Shown here: piece by piece, positions 37,291-49,145 of the stretch
How positions within the stretch are numbered: position 1 is the first letter of the stretch
Layout: the number at the start of each line of letters is the position of its first letter
NCBI RefSeq assembly: GCF_040938485.1
Contig: NW_027271466.1
Span: forward strand, 1,426,001 to 1,490,000
DNA: 64,000 nucleotides
From: Diadema antillarum
Taxonomy: Eukaryota
Reading direction: 5' to 3'
Notes under the pieces: generated by a model
Seen by the model: the letters and a program-made list of their open reading frames with translations, nothing else
Told to the model about the DNA's origin: nothing
The model's database searches: none
Made by a program: the position numbers and the translations under genes

Positions 37291-40200
37291 CGGCGGATAT
37301 TCAAGTGATGGTAAACTGTTTTCACTATCGACGGTGAATAAAAATGTGTGTGATTTTTCATTGTGGTATTGAGATTGATATTTTTTCCTATAATTACCAA
37401 ATCCTGTCACAGGTGGTAAGGTTATATCTGGAATTGGCTGATAGTGCCCAAGCACTTGAGCATATGTTATTTTCTGGGTTGGATCCCTTTAGAGACAATT
37501 ATTTTTTGTTGCCTCTATATACATACTCTGTATAAGCACATAGTTTCTGTCATTCCCACCCTGTCCCCATCTCAGATGAAGCTGAGCCTGTGGAGCCAAC
37601 ACCGATCCCCACCCCGTCTCCAGTGGTGAAGACGACACCCACCCCTGAGCCACCGGTAGAAACGAGGGAGGCCTGGAGCCCAACTTCAGTCGCTCCTGTA
37701 AGTCTCAAAAATGTTGTTTTGGTAGAGGATGATGACAGAACCATACATACAGTGTACATTACAGGTTGAAATTTATTTTAACCCTAATCAGGCTGGGGGG
37801 AGCGGAATCCGCCCCCCCTCGACGTTTCGCGCAATATCTTCGCAGCGCGATAAACTCCCGCCGCGATGTTTCATGACTTTTTTCTTTTAAGTATCGCGCA
37901 ACTTTTGAGACCAAAATTGTTGTGCCCGCGCGTACCGTTTTGACGCGACGCCCGTTCAAAAAAAATTGGTCAACCCCAAAATTGCTCCAAAACGTGATTT
38001 TGTGTACAAATCCAAACAAATTGTGTTTTTTCAATTAATTCACATAAAAATTCATATCTTGACTTAGAATGGACGAAATTAATTTATTTTAGCATAATAA
38101 AGCTTCGAAAAATGTCTGTGACAAATTTTGGCCAAAAAACAAACAAAAACAAAAGGTCGAAAAACAGAGAAATACATAAGAAATTCAAAAAACAATCAAA
38201 TACATAAGAAATTGATTTTGATACAGATTTTTTTTTATCCTATGTCTCAGGAGAATGATACAAGAAACATTTTTAAAAAGAAATTAGCTTAATTAGAGCA
38301 TTAATAAGTGATTTAGAGCCCAAAACTGATTTTATGCATAAATTACAATAATTGATTAATATAGAATATAAAAAAAAATTTTCGGAGAAAGCAACCATAC
38401 ATTTTGATAGTATACGTCGCGGGCGTCGCACGTGCCGATTTTCGGCGCGATCACGCGTTCCATAGGCGAGATCTGAAGGGGGGGCGGAATCGGCCCCCCC
38501 AGATATAGCATAGCCAAAAAAGCCCAGCCTGATTAGGGTTAAGTGAACTATTATCACATTGGAAGTTTCCTACAGAATGACTTGACACTTCTATTCAATT
38601 TTTGGACTAGTGCTCAATTCCAATTTCATGTCAAGGATGGAGAATTATCGCTTTCATGGATTCTCTGTCCTGCATGTGGAAATGGTATTCTTTTCAAATT
38701 CTTTGGGTTTGGGAAAATCAGAATGTTGCATTTATTGCTGATATTAATTGTTACCCAAATAGCTGTACATGTTTACAACCATGCAGTGGTTACTACAGCA
38801 TTTGTGGCACCACTTGAAAGTGCATGAACTGTCAGATGTAGCTCTTATTTAAGGAATCAAAGGAATTAAGTCATGAGAATACCAAAATATGTCAAAACTG
38901 ATTTACTGACTTTAAATAATTGATGACAGACTTCTTGCTAATGCATATGTTTTACATCACAAGCACTATGCAAACTTATACACGACATTATGAATGAAAG
39001 ATTCTTTTTGAAGCCTCCATAGAGTTACAAATAAGCATTGATCGTGTAACCAAATATATTGAATGTTTTCATTGCACTTGCACAACCAGGATACATTTTT
39101 AGTTAGGAATCAACTTGCATTGTGATGCCAGTTACTGTCCTCAGATGAAACTTGGATTGGAGGGCTTGTAATAAAAGATGACTTTCCGAAATTACAAATG
39201 ATATAATTTTCCAGTTTGATTGCAATTCTTTTTCTGGCTGTTAGCTCAGCAATGATATGTTTTGTGTGCTTTTGCAGACCCCAACTCCCGTAGAATCCAG
39301 ACGCAACTCCGTAGAAGAGCCAGTTCCACCGGTGGTCCCTCAGAAACCACCCTCTCCCCTCCCACCAAAGTCCCCCGTCCCTCCCAAGTCCCCCAGCCCC
39401 CGGCCCAGCCCGCCTGCATCTCCGCCTCCCAGGAAGTCCCCCTCGCCACCGCCCAAGCCCGAGACCCCTCCCCCTCCCCAGCCTCCAAGCCGACCAAAGG
39501 AGTGTGTACACAAACCCAAAGTACCCATCCCACCCCTGCCGAAGATCAAGAAGGAGGTCCGGATCCAGGAACCGCCAAAGGAGGAGCGAAAAATTCCAGA
39601 GAAGAAGGAGAAGAAACCAATTGAGACTGAGAAAAAGGTGAGTGCTGGAAGTTCCCTTATTGACAAAACTTTACTTATTATGTAATGTTGATCTCATGTA
39701 TTGCTCGAGATTGCACACACCAGGAATAACAATTGTTCAGACCCTAAAATTAATAATTTGCAGTCAGTGAGGAGTGATTTATAGTATTTGAAAGGTAACC
39801 ATTCACCACAAAGATTTAGATATATAGTGGTTGTAAAGAGCTGTGTTTAATGAAATGTAGTAAAATGAGCACAGGGCATTTTTCAGTGGAAAGTGTAGAT
39901 ACAACTTTTGCAAATATACTGTATATGTACATGTTTGTAGGTGTTAAAATGATGAATAAATGCTCTTTGGTGATAAAGCATGGATTTTCGTGATATGACA
40001 TTTCAAGCAGATTTTGTTTCAAATTTGTTACTTTTAGTAAGTGGCAACATGTTATTTTATAAGCAGCATGTAATCCCATTTGTTTTTCCTTGAAGTTAAT
40101 GGAAGTTCTATAATTGATTTCATTGATTTTTCTCACGTCTTGAGCCTCTCCCATCTAAAGCAGACTTGTTTGCCATATTCCTGCTTGATTGTATTGATTA

Positions 40201-43200
40201 AATTGACCTTCCTGAAGGGTAATGTCTCTTAATACGTCACTGTGCCCCATTGAGGGGCACGAAACTTAAGTCTTATTGGTCCATGTAGCCCTTTAGAAAG
40301 ACACATGTCCACTCTTGTATGTCACTGCGAAACATGTATGTGTGTTCCGCGAAACATGGGAGATGTTGGACCCCCCGATTGATTGTCTTGTATGAAGGGT
40401 GATTATTGTGAGGAGGTATTTAACCAGGGACATTTCACCTTGAGAAAGTCATTGAATGAATTTACAGTTTTGCAGTGGTCTACACCTCTGCAGTGTTCTC
40501 ATGACTCGCTGATGTGCTCTTTTTATTTGCAAATTTTCTGCTGCTTTGATATGGCAGCATCATGTTGTACAAACTCTGGTCTTAATTGTATGTATCAGTG
40601 GTGTGTTTAATTTCACATCCATTGTTTAGATATAAGATGTAAACTGTGAGTGGCATGTAGTGAAATTCACAACTGAAGGTAAATGTGCTTGTTAGATCCA
40701 TGTAATCTCTATATAAGATTAGACAAGATTATCAAACACACTCTCCACCACACTCTCCAATAAATCAATCACAAGTGAATCAAAGCCTAGAAGTATCATA
40801 TCTCAGTAGATTTACAAAAAGTACATTGATGATGATTGAAATTCTAATTCAGATTTAGATTCATGCCATGCTCTGCATTTAAAGATGAAAAAAAAAAATC
40901 AAAAAACAAAACAATAAGAAGTACTGGGTAGCAATGAGTGATAAGTGATTGTACTGAGTTTCTGAGCAAGTGTTAATTTTTGTTCTTTCCCTTTTACATT
41001 GTTGTTCAAAAGCCCCCAGAGGAACCACCTAAACCAGCTCCACTAAAGCCTGCATTGAAGAAGACTCCATCTCAGCCAGAGGTAGTGGTAGCTCCACCCC
41101 TAAAGCCGGAACCTGTCCCGGAACCAGAACCTAAGCCACAAGAAGAGCCAAAGGATGAACCAGAACCACAGTAAGAGAACAAACCAAACAACAAAACAGA
41201 ACAAAGCAAAGCAAAGCAAAGCAAAGCAAAAAAAAAAATGAATAAATAAAACAAAACAAAACAAAACAAAACAAGCAAAACGGGCAAAAAGAATAAACCA
41301 ACAATGAGTTGTTTTCATTGGTATTGTAAATGTTTTGGTTGTGTTTTGTTTCGTTTTGTTGTTTGTATCCCAAATTTTGCTGATGTGTGCAAGTGTTACA
41401 TGTTAAGCAAGTAATCCATTACACACACGTACAGAGATACAGATGTATCAGTTGAACCACAGGGTTCCTTTAGTCTTTTCTCAAACACATTTATTGTGAT
41501 AGTTGCTTTGGAATTAAAAATATGTGACTACCTCTTGAGCCGTCTTCTCTGTAGCGTTGTTTCCTATGACGCTTTCTGATGCTTATATTTAATAATTGCT
41601 TCAATCTGCTCATAATAGATCATGGTATTACTCAGTGACATGACAACTTTGTAACAAATTACACTCTTTTTAGAGTTGTCTCTACAGCCATTAGCTGTCT
41701 TTGACTCATCAATCTTGTTTTGACACCATGTACTACAGCCATCATAGGAGAAACTAACCATCACTTTTAATTTTGTTAATCTGATACAGGGGCAGTAGCT
41801 AGTTGAAATATATGTAGTTACAAAGCCAGGTTGTCATTATGTCGGCCTGATAAAAGGCCATGCATGCATTCCTTTGTATATTTAAAAAAGAAACCCACCA
41901 AATTTCCATAAAGTGGTATGATGTGCATTTCCGTGCAGAGCATGTGGGAACAATATAGTGAACTCTGATTTCTAATGTGATTGATAATATATTGCTTTTT
42001 ACCCCTCACTTCAACAGACCTCCAAAGGAAGAGGAGAAGGAGGAGCCCCCAGTGGAGGAGAAGAAAAAACTTGGCCCCCCGCCAAAGGTCAAAGTTGACG
42101 TCTTCAGCATGGACCCACAGGTAGGGGAAATTTCTTTTTCTCTGCGATGTTTTGCTTTTAGTATCCTAATTCCTCAGCAAGTTAAAGAATTATTCTTCAG
42201 AGTAAGTTTCCAGTTCTTTTGATGTTTCAACCAATTATGTGCATCACATATATGCAGACATGCATGCGGGCAAGTCTAGTAGTGTTGTTTTGAACTTTTC
42301 ACATGTAAGTATTCAGAAAATGACTAGTGCTGTATGCTGCTTCTGAGTTTAGTATTTGAAATAATTTTACGACAGTTTTTAAAATGTTTGAATTGAAAGG
42401 CATTTAACTTTTCAATTTGTTGCGCATCACAGCCCACCAAGAGTTCCACATTGTGTTTTCTTGAAATCTTTTGAACTAGTCACTTTATCACAACAGGAAT
42501 TGTTCTTTGCTAGTCTGATCATATGCACATTTACTGCAAACAGCACTGCTTGTTTGGCTGATGATTACTGCAGCATGGAACAGCCCTTATTTCTGCATCT
42601 GCATACCTTTTGTGCTCAGCTACTATATGGTTGCTACAAATGCAGTGGCGGATCCAGAGGGGGGGGGGGGGGGGGGGGGGGGGGGGCGCAACCGGCGCCC
42701 GCCCCCCCCCTTTATTTTTCGTGAAAAACAAAAGAAATAAAAAGAAAAAATATGAAATGAAACCCGGAAGTGCCACCAGAAGTATTAGTCACGCCCCCCC
42801 CCCTTTACAGAATTCCTGGATCCGCCCCTGCAAATGTGACTGTCACTCCCTATATGTATTGAAGGCTTCTATGCTCTCTGAAGTTGTCAAAATCCTTGCA
42901 TTACCTGCATGACGCTATAGAAGCAAATATCTTTCAGTCTATTTTGAATAATGTAGGAAACAAAAAAATAAAAAAAATAAAAACAATCCCCAAATTGATG
43001 GGAATCAGCATTTGATAGTACATATTAAAACATTTTGTCAAGAAAATTCTATTGGCTGTCTCAGAAATGTTACATAAAATGCAGTGCTGTGCTCTGATAT
43101 ATCTTTTTCCTCAATTTGTATATGTTTATAGGATGAAAACGAAGAGGTATGATTTTTTTTTTTTGGCATATTGTTGGTTGGATTTTTAGTGCAAAATGTG

Positions 43201-46200
43201 ACTTCTTTCTCTTCTCATTACAAAGTTTTGCAATGCATGATAAAGGATATAGCATGATATCAGAAAATTTGGTATCCCTTGTGATAAGGTTCTGCTTGGC
43301 ATGAATGATACATTCACTAGTATTACTCTGATTTTTGTTTTGTATTGTGTGTATGCATGTGTGTGTGTGTGTGTGTGTTATGATATGTAAGTGAATCACA
43401 AGTTTTTCAAAAATGTAAATGTTGATTCATGCATCATATATGATGTTGTTTCTTACACTTCAATTTGATGCCAACTTTGTTTCTTTCTACGAAGAAATTT
43501 CCCTCTGCGAGTTATATTAGATCTGCCAGAATTTGCCATTCTCCAGTAGTGTCTATAGTGCCTTTCTGTTGACAAGTTGCCTTCCAATAACATGCATGCC
43601 TAATGCAAAACTTTGATTTGTTACATGATTTTATCCCTATTGAAACACTGTTCTGCCAGTGCATGACACAGTAAACGTTGTCTTGTTGCATGTTAAACTG
43701 GTTTTATGCTCTGAGGTGTGAAAAGTCTCCTCCCTTGGTCAAGATAGCGACACTTCCATGTATGCATACATGTTTGAGTTTCAATTCTAAGCTACATGTA
43801 TATTCCCAGCATTCAAGGTACTTTGCTCAACAACATTGAAATATAATTTAAAGATGAATTGTTTAATTCATGATCTTCAAAGAAAATGATGAAATGCTTC
43901 TTTTTGTGTGCCATTTTTGTGACTTTGCGACATTTCATTATGTAACCAATGTCAAAATCATACAGATTGTAGATGTGGATGTGGATATCAATCCTCTAAA
44001 TGACCTGATTTATTTGATACAAATATGTTATTTTGTGTTTAAAAAAAAATATCAGTGAAATAATTTAATTATTGTAATTATTGATACTTGATCTTTATTT
44101 GAAAAAAAAAGAGTACAATTTATTGTACTTCCATGAAAGATATAAACATGTATCAATCAATTGCCACATTTGAACAGATAGCATGCATGCTCCTGATCAT
44201 AACCTGATTTTAGTTCATTCCTCTTTATAACCTTCTTTAGCGAGAGTCTCAGTTTTATAGTTAACTGCATGAACTGCATGATTAACTGCATGAATACTTT
44301 TTCCTAGAAGCTAATGTTTGTCTTTTGCTTTATATCCTCTCTACCTGCTGCCTTACTCTGCTCTTTGGATGTGCATACTGTATCTTATTTTTGTTCCTTA
44401 CCCTGACGACTACGCAGACTATGAGAGTACGTATTTCTGTTCCCTTCTCTCTTCACATTGACACGATATTAACATCATCCATCTGTTATTAACAAGATCA
44501 CTCTCCATCTATGTGTGAACATTCAAAGTATAAACATTGAGTTTGTTTAAGTGTGATATGTTACTAGGAATGCACATTACTGGTCCTATAAATGGAGTTT
44601 TGAAGACTTTTCATATGGTCGCTGGGTATATTTCGCATGGGACTTCAAGTTAAAAAGTGTGACCGGTTGTGTCTGCAAATGTGCGATGTTGGTGCTTGTC
44701 AAACCCGACCCTGTTTGTATTGAGCTTACTCTGGGAATCTTCATTCAATTTTTAGAAGTACCATTACAACTCGTCATCAATTGTCATTTTCCAAGATCAT
44801 TGATTGTAACAGTTTGTTCATTACCAGCAACCCCCCCCCCCCTCCTTTTTAATTATTGTGGATAATACAGTGTGCATATAAAGGCATGTACTGAACTGCA
44901 TCACCAATGTTCATCTGTCATGTATTGCACTTCCATCTATAGTTGAGAGCACTGTGGTTGAGAATACCTCACTCATATGTTCATATATGTTTCTCAAATG
45001 TTTGGGCATTTCTCATCTATGGTGGAGGATATCCCTTGCACTAAACATCACTAGTTTGCAAAATTATGATAAACCATGTTTAATGTCGCATTACACATTA
45101 AAGAAGGGAGATGATCAGCCAATGCATTGCACCTACATGTACTTCACTGTTAGGGTAACCGATTGCACAGCATCAGAACACCCTGCTAAAAGGTTCTGTG
45201 GGGAAATCCTGCAGTTAGCTTGAAATTGTAAGATATTGCTGTGAAAATAACCAGAACCAGACAACAGGGAAAGAGGCATGAAATAGAAGAATCTTTTGGT
45301 TTTAAAAGGCAAAAATGTAAAACCTTTCAGTGGTACTTATATACAGTGTGTGTAATAATTATCAAGGCAAGGAAAAAAATGGTTAAATTGTAGCAAATAA
45401 TGTGCCATCAAAGAATCAAGTTAGACTAGTCCACATATTTCCTGTGTGTTTGTTGTCTCTTGGGATCTACTTAAGGAAGGTGGAGATATTCCCTCCTTTT
45501 GTCAAGTATTCCACCAGTATATCAGAACACAAAATACTACTTTATAGTGCTTGAAAAGATACTATGAAGGTTGAGCTGGTCACACACTTAATAGGTTTGT
45601 GGTAAAGGCATACTGTGCATGTAAGTATGGGAATGAGGCTGATGTGCCTAACAGTAAGTCAGTACCCCCTATTGTACTTTATTTAAGCTATCACAGCTTA
45701 TGTACACCTGTTCAATGAAAGTCATTTCACATCAAAAAGATAATGGGAATGTATATAGTAGGTACATGGTGGAAAGTCATTCCAGGTACCTTTGGGTTTC
45801 TGTTTCTATCTGTAGATCCGAATCTGCACCTTCAATACCATTTTCGTTTGCACACACTCTGTTGGTGATATTCCGTTCTGATAACTGGGCTCAAATCATT
45901 TATAGTTTTCCCCATTTGACCTTTGACACGCCAGGAGCTGCTTGACATCCAGATGAAGCTAAAGAGGCGTGGTCGTGGCAGCCTGTCAGACGATGAAGAT
46001 GACGAAACTCCACCCGCATCCCTCGCCAGTTTGGTGGAACCAACAAATCGAGTAAGTCATCCAAATCCATCCTTAGCTGCCTTCCAGAGGAATGAGAATA
46101 CAGTGTCCAAGGCTTATTTTTATCTGGAAATACTTTGATGTAAGCCATTTAATTATTCTCATTACAGCATTGTCTTGTTGGGCACCTCATTCACAGGTTG

Positions 46201-48964
46201 CCCGATGCACTGTTTATTTGAGAGGGTAATCATAAGAATCAAATGATTGGAAATAGGGTAAAAATCAATACTAGATGACCGACAGATTTCAGAACCAAAG
46301 GGACATATGAATCTCTATTTATAGTGACACACTTATGATTAAGGGTATATTGTATAGATAAAAGACTAATGCTTAATCACTGAAGTCATGTCGTGTTATC
46401 TTATGGTTAAGTGGAGCAGAGTATTAACGAATATTAGCCAATATTTATCAGTATTAACTTGCTTCCTAAGTTTACATTGTTTTTATATGTAACCAACTAT
46501 ACAACCTAAAGACAACAAGTATCATGTGCCAGGGACTTTAGACCATGTGTACAGTGCTCCTTGGTTATCTGTGCAAATTGGCACTTCAAGCACTTAAAGG
46601 GTTAAAGCAAGATGTCTTCCCCATGTCATTTCCTCCACAGATGCTGAAGCAGAGTGAGTGGCTACGTGGGCGCATCGCCCTCTCGAGGCGAGCCGCCCGC
46701 TTTGAGCTCCCCATGGACGTAGGGGAGCTAGCCGAGATGACTCCCGTAGAGTACCTCTCTAAGTACTGTATCATCAGCCACCGCAGGCGGGCGCTCTACA
46801 AGAAGGCCTTCAGCAGAGCTGACAAGGACAATGATGGGAAGATCAACCGAAAGGTTAGCAGAAAGAATGAATTCATTCTAAGAGACACAACTTATGGAAT
46901 CTATATGATTCTCCTACTGTTTATGTTTGCAAGAATGTCTTTTTGTTTTGTTGCAGTCATGTTTCACGTGGAAAATATCACACACTGCAGCTACAGCTGA
47001 GAAGTGAAATGCTGAAGCTGAATAAGACAAATTTGTGCAAAATGGAGACTTTTGGACATGTAGACCATGTGATAATACAAGGGCCATCATGATCTTAAGT
47101 GCAAGAAATCAGTTAGATAATACTCATGAAACAGTTGATGCCCCTCTGTCTTTGAGCTATACTAGGTTTTCCAACATTGCAATTGTATATCTTCATTTTC
47201 TTTGAGCTTAAGATTCGTCAGCCTTATCCAGTAGCAATTCATGTAAGATGGTGACTCTCTTTTCTTTTTCTTTTTTTTTGTCCTGAATAGATTCTACTTT
47301 CTGAGATGCAGGGCACTTGTTGTATGTGAAATTTTCTAATTGTTGTGTTATGTGTTAAATAAAAAAGGAAAAAAGTGTTGTTTTGTTGGACCAAAGACCT
47401 TGAATGGCTAGAAATGTGAAAAGCGCTTCTGGCAATTTAAGGGCTTTGGTCCTCTTATTATATTGAGTGCCATATCTGTCATTATCAACATGAACACACA
47501 CCGTTGCCACTGGTACTTTGCAGGAGTTGGAGACAGCTGTTCTTGATGCCCTAGTGGACACCATCCAGGCAGACAAGGTGAACCTAGTTTTGAAGTTCCT
47601 TGGGGCGGAGCAACACCCGGTCTATACCTCCCGCTTCTTTGCCGCATTCTGCGCTCTCCTGGAAAGGCTGTACTACAAGGAGTTTGCGTAAGACTCTCAT
47701 TATATTCCATGCTTCTTTAATACTCTCCCAAATTTCCTTCATATATATATATATTTTTTTTTTAAGGTGCCACTTATGTTTCTGCTGCTACAACGTACAG
47801 CGAATCCCTGACGAGATGGAACTTGTTTTCTCAATTACTGTATATGCCATATAATTAGCAAGTCTAAATTTTTGTGAACCTGGACTTACTAATGTTTTTG
47901 CAAGTAGTTAAATGTGTGTTTGTGAAATGCAGTACTGAACGGAGAAATGTGTATGTACACGTCACAGTCATGTTGAATCAGAGTCAATATCATCATGTGT
48001 CTTTAAATTTGAAAATAGCGCCTGACTTGGGAAATTTGCGAAAATAAAAACCTAGCAAAATATTCGCATATACAGTAATTGTGTATTGATGGAGATGGAA
48101 TTGCAGAGTATGATGATGTAGCATCAACCAGTCAAATGAACATGCATTTTTACACTTCACGTCCTATACACATGTGCACACATGCGCACACAAACACACC
48201 CAAATACACAAACACACATAATGGGCAGTCGGCAGTCTGTTTTAAGAGGGATCGATTAATTCAAAGGTTAAAGGGTCAGATATAAACTGGTTCTTCTGAT
48301 ACCAGACTAACTCAGTCCAAAGTGAATTTGATCCCGCTGATCAACGTAAAAGGAAAAAACAAAGGACTGTAACTTATTATCTTCTAGGTGTTTTCATATT
48401 GCTGCATCATGGAATCAGTTAATTATTTCTGTGAAACACTGCTTGTAGTACTTGCTGAATATTTACTGTACGAGCTATCAGGTGGTACTTTGTTATATGC
48501 CCACTTTTACTGAAAATTCTGATACATTTTTAATGACTATGATTACTTTGCAGTTTTCATCAATGCATACATTGATTCATCAGGTACATATATCAATATA
48601 TGTATCAAAGTATATCAATATATCAATTAAAAAAGTAAACATTAATGAAGATATCCACTTGGAAGCATGGTTTATATTTGACACTCTCTGATAAGACATA
48701 CCTATGATAAAAGAGAGGGGAGCTAAAAACAGATCAATAGAGAGTAGCATGGATTATCATCCTTTTATTATGGAGTGAAATTAAGTGTGGGTTTTATTTG
48801 TTCTCCATGATATCTCTGTATTCTGTAGCAAGGAGGATTCCAGTGAGAGGAAGGAGGAGAAGGAGAAGGAGATCCTTGAGGAAGCTGACTTCACTGGACT
48901 CGACTGGAAGCTCCAGGGCCAGTACGTCAACCCCGACCTCAAGGAACTCCTCTATAAACTATGA
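31012..48964 (+). CDS. Multi-exon gene for an uncharacterised ~755-758 aa protein: RPx[ST]-repeat N-terminus, acidic and Pro/Lys/Glu-rich middle, C-terminal EF-hand-containing domain
   Basis: Exons 31012-31635, 35185-35220, 35624-35858, 37576-37697, 39278-39637, 41013-41170, 42018-42120, (44418-44426), 45935-46051, 46641-46853, 47524-47687, 48829-48964. All introns are GT-AG and the phases (0,0,1,0,0,2,0,0,0,0,2) join into one open frame of 2277 nt ending in TGA. Canonical EF loop DKDNDGKINRKE. Confidence 0.85.
32945..33200 (-). pseudogene. Possible decayed LINE ORF2 fragment
   Basis: The minus frame reads TDHLGLALF...KLGRSLRII...VQKVLTSNDAY, loosely like the SDH end of APE endonucleases and the following linker. 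Weak. Confidence 0.2.
33404..34508 (+). mobile_element. Helentron-associated non-autonomous element (HINE / DINE-1 / pearl-like) in intron 1
   Basis: T-run + subTIR GCTCACCTGAG within a 5' hairpin (33410-33440); (CGTC/GTGC)n microsatellite 33462-33546; ~322-bp core tandem units starting ~33556, 33880 and 34200; 3' subTIR CTCAGGTGAGC (34474-34484), palindrome AGACCCGCGGGTCT (34488-34501), then T-rich end. Confidence 0.88.
35185..35220 (+). CDS. 36-nt coding exon RRELSQLPRHNN
   Basis: CTCTGTTTCAG| ... |GTAAGT, phase 0-0. Confidence 0.8.
35624..35858 (+). CDS. Coding exon IRRGHIAYY...EDELDFGED
   Basis: TTCCAG| ... G|GTAAGA; acidic tract. Confidence 0.85.
36615..36822. mobile_element. TA-flanked MITE (Tc1/mariner-like, 208 bp)
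   Basis: TA|CTGTAAAAGTGGA ... TCCACTTTTACAG|TA; internal TTTCGCG/CGCGAAA repeats. Confidence 0.85.
37576..37697 (+). CDS. Coding exon (D)EAEPVEPTP...SPTSVAP
   Basis: CCCCATCTCAG| ... |GTAAGT, phase 1-0. Confidence 0.85.
37782..38538. mobile_element. piggyBac-like non-autonomous element (757 bp)
   Basis: TTAA|CCCTAATCAGGCTGGG ... CCCAGCCTGATTAGGG|TTAA; GGGGGG-CGGAATC-CCCCCC hairpins near both ends. Confidence 0.88.
39278..39637 (+). CDS. Proline-rich coding exon TPTPVESRR...PIETEKK
   Basis: TTTTGCAG| ... AAG|GTGAGT, 360 nt. Confidence 0.9.
41013..41170 (+). CDS. Coding exon PPEEPPKP...DEPEP(Q)
   Basis: TTCAAAAG| ... CA|GTAAGA, phase 0-2. Confidence 0.8.
42018..42120 (+). CDS. Coding exon (Q)PPKEEEK...VFSMDPQ
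   Basis: CACTTCAACAG| ... CAG|GTAGGG, phase 2-0. Confidence 0.85.
42643..42830. mobile_element. Second copy of the CAG(G/T)GGCGGATCCAG MITE family with 6-bp TSD (188 bp)
   Basis: 14/15 TIR match; CAAATG on both flanks (42637-42642, 42831-42836); interior similar to 8828-8995. Confidence 0.9.
44418..44426 (+). CDS. Candidate 9-nt microexon (TMR)
   Basis: Long pyrimidine tract + CTGAC + CGCAG|ACTATGAGA|GTACGT; frame-preserving between phase-0 neighbours. Confidence 0.55.
45935..46051 (+). CDS. Coding exon ELLDIQMKLKRRGRGSLSDD...EPTNR
   Basis: GACACGCCAG| ... CGA|GTAAGT, 117 nt. Confidence 0.85.
46641..46853 (+). CDS. Coding exon MLKQSEWL...ADKDNDGKINRK (EF-hand loop)
   Basis: TTTCCTCCACAG| ... 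AAG|GTTAGC, 213 nt. Confidence 0.9.
47524..47687 (+). CDS. Coding exon ELETAVLD...FAAFCALLERLYYKEF
   Basis: ACTTTGCAG| ... GC|GTAAGA, phase 0-2. Confidence 0.85.
48829..48964 (+). CDS. Terminal coding exon (A)KEDSS...EEADFTGLDWKLQGQYVNPDLKELLYKL*
   Basis: TATTCTGTAG| phase 2, TGA at 48962-48964. Confidence 0.85.
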
Positions 48965-48984
48965 GCACAGTGCCAAACTCTTGC

Positions 48985-49145
48985 CTCCTCTGTCTGTATG
49001 TGTGTGTGTCTATGTCTGTGTGTCTATGTCTGTCTGTCTATGTGTATGCATGTACGTACATGTGTGTGTGTCTGTGCATGCGTGCGTGTGTCTGTCTGTA
49101 TGTATGCATGTATGTGCATGAGTGTGTCTGTTTGTGTGTGTATGC
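48985..49145. repeat. Compound (TG)/(TGTC)/(TATG) microsatellite just after the stop codon
   Basis: Degenerate TG-based repeats in the presumptive 3' UTR. Confidence 0.85.
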
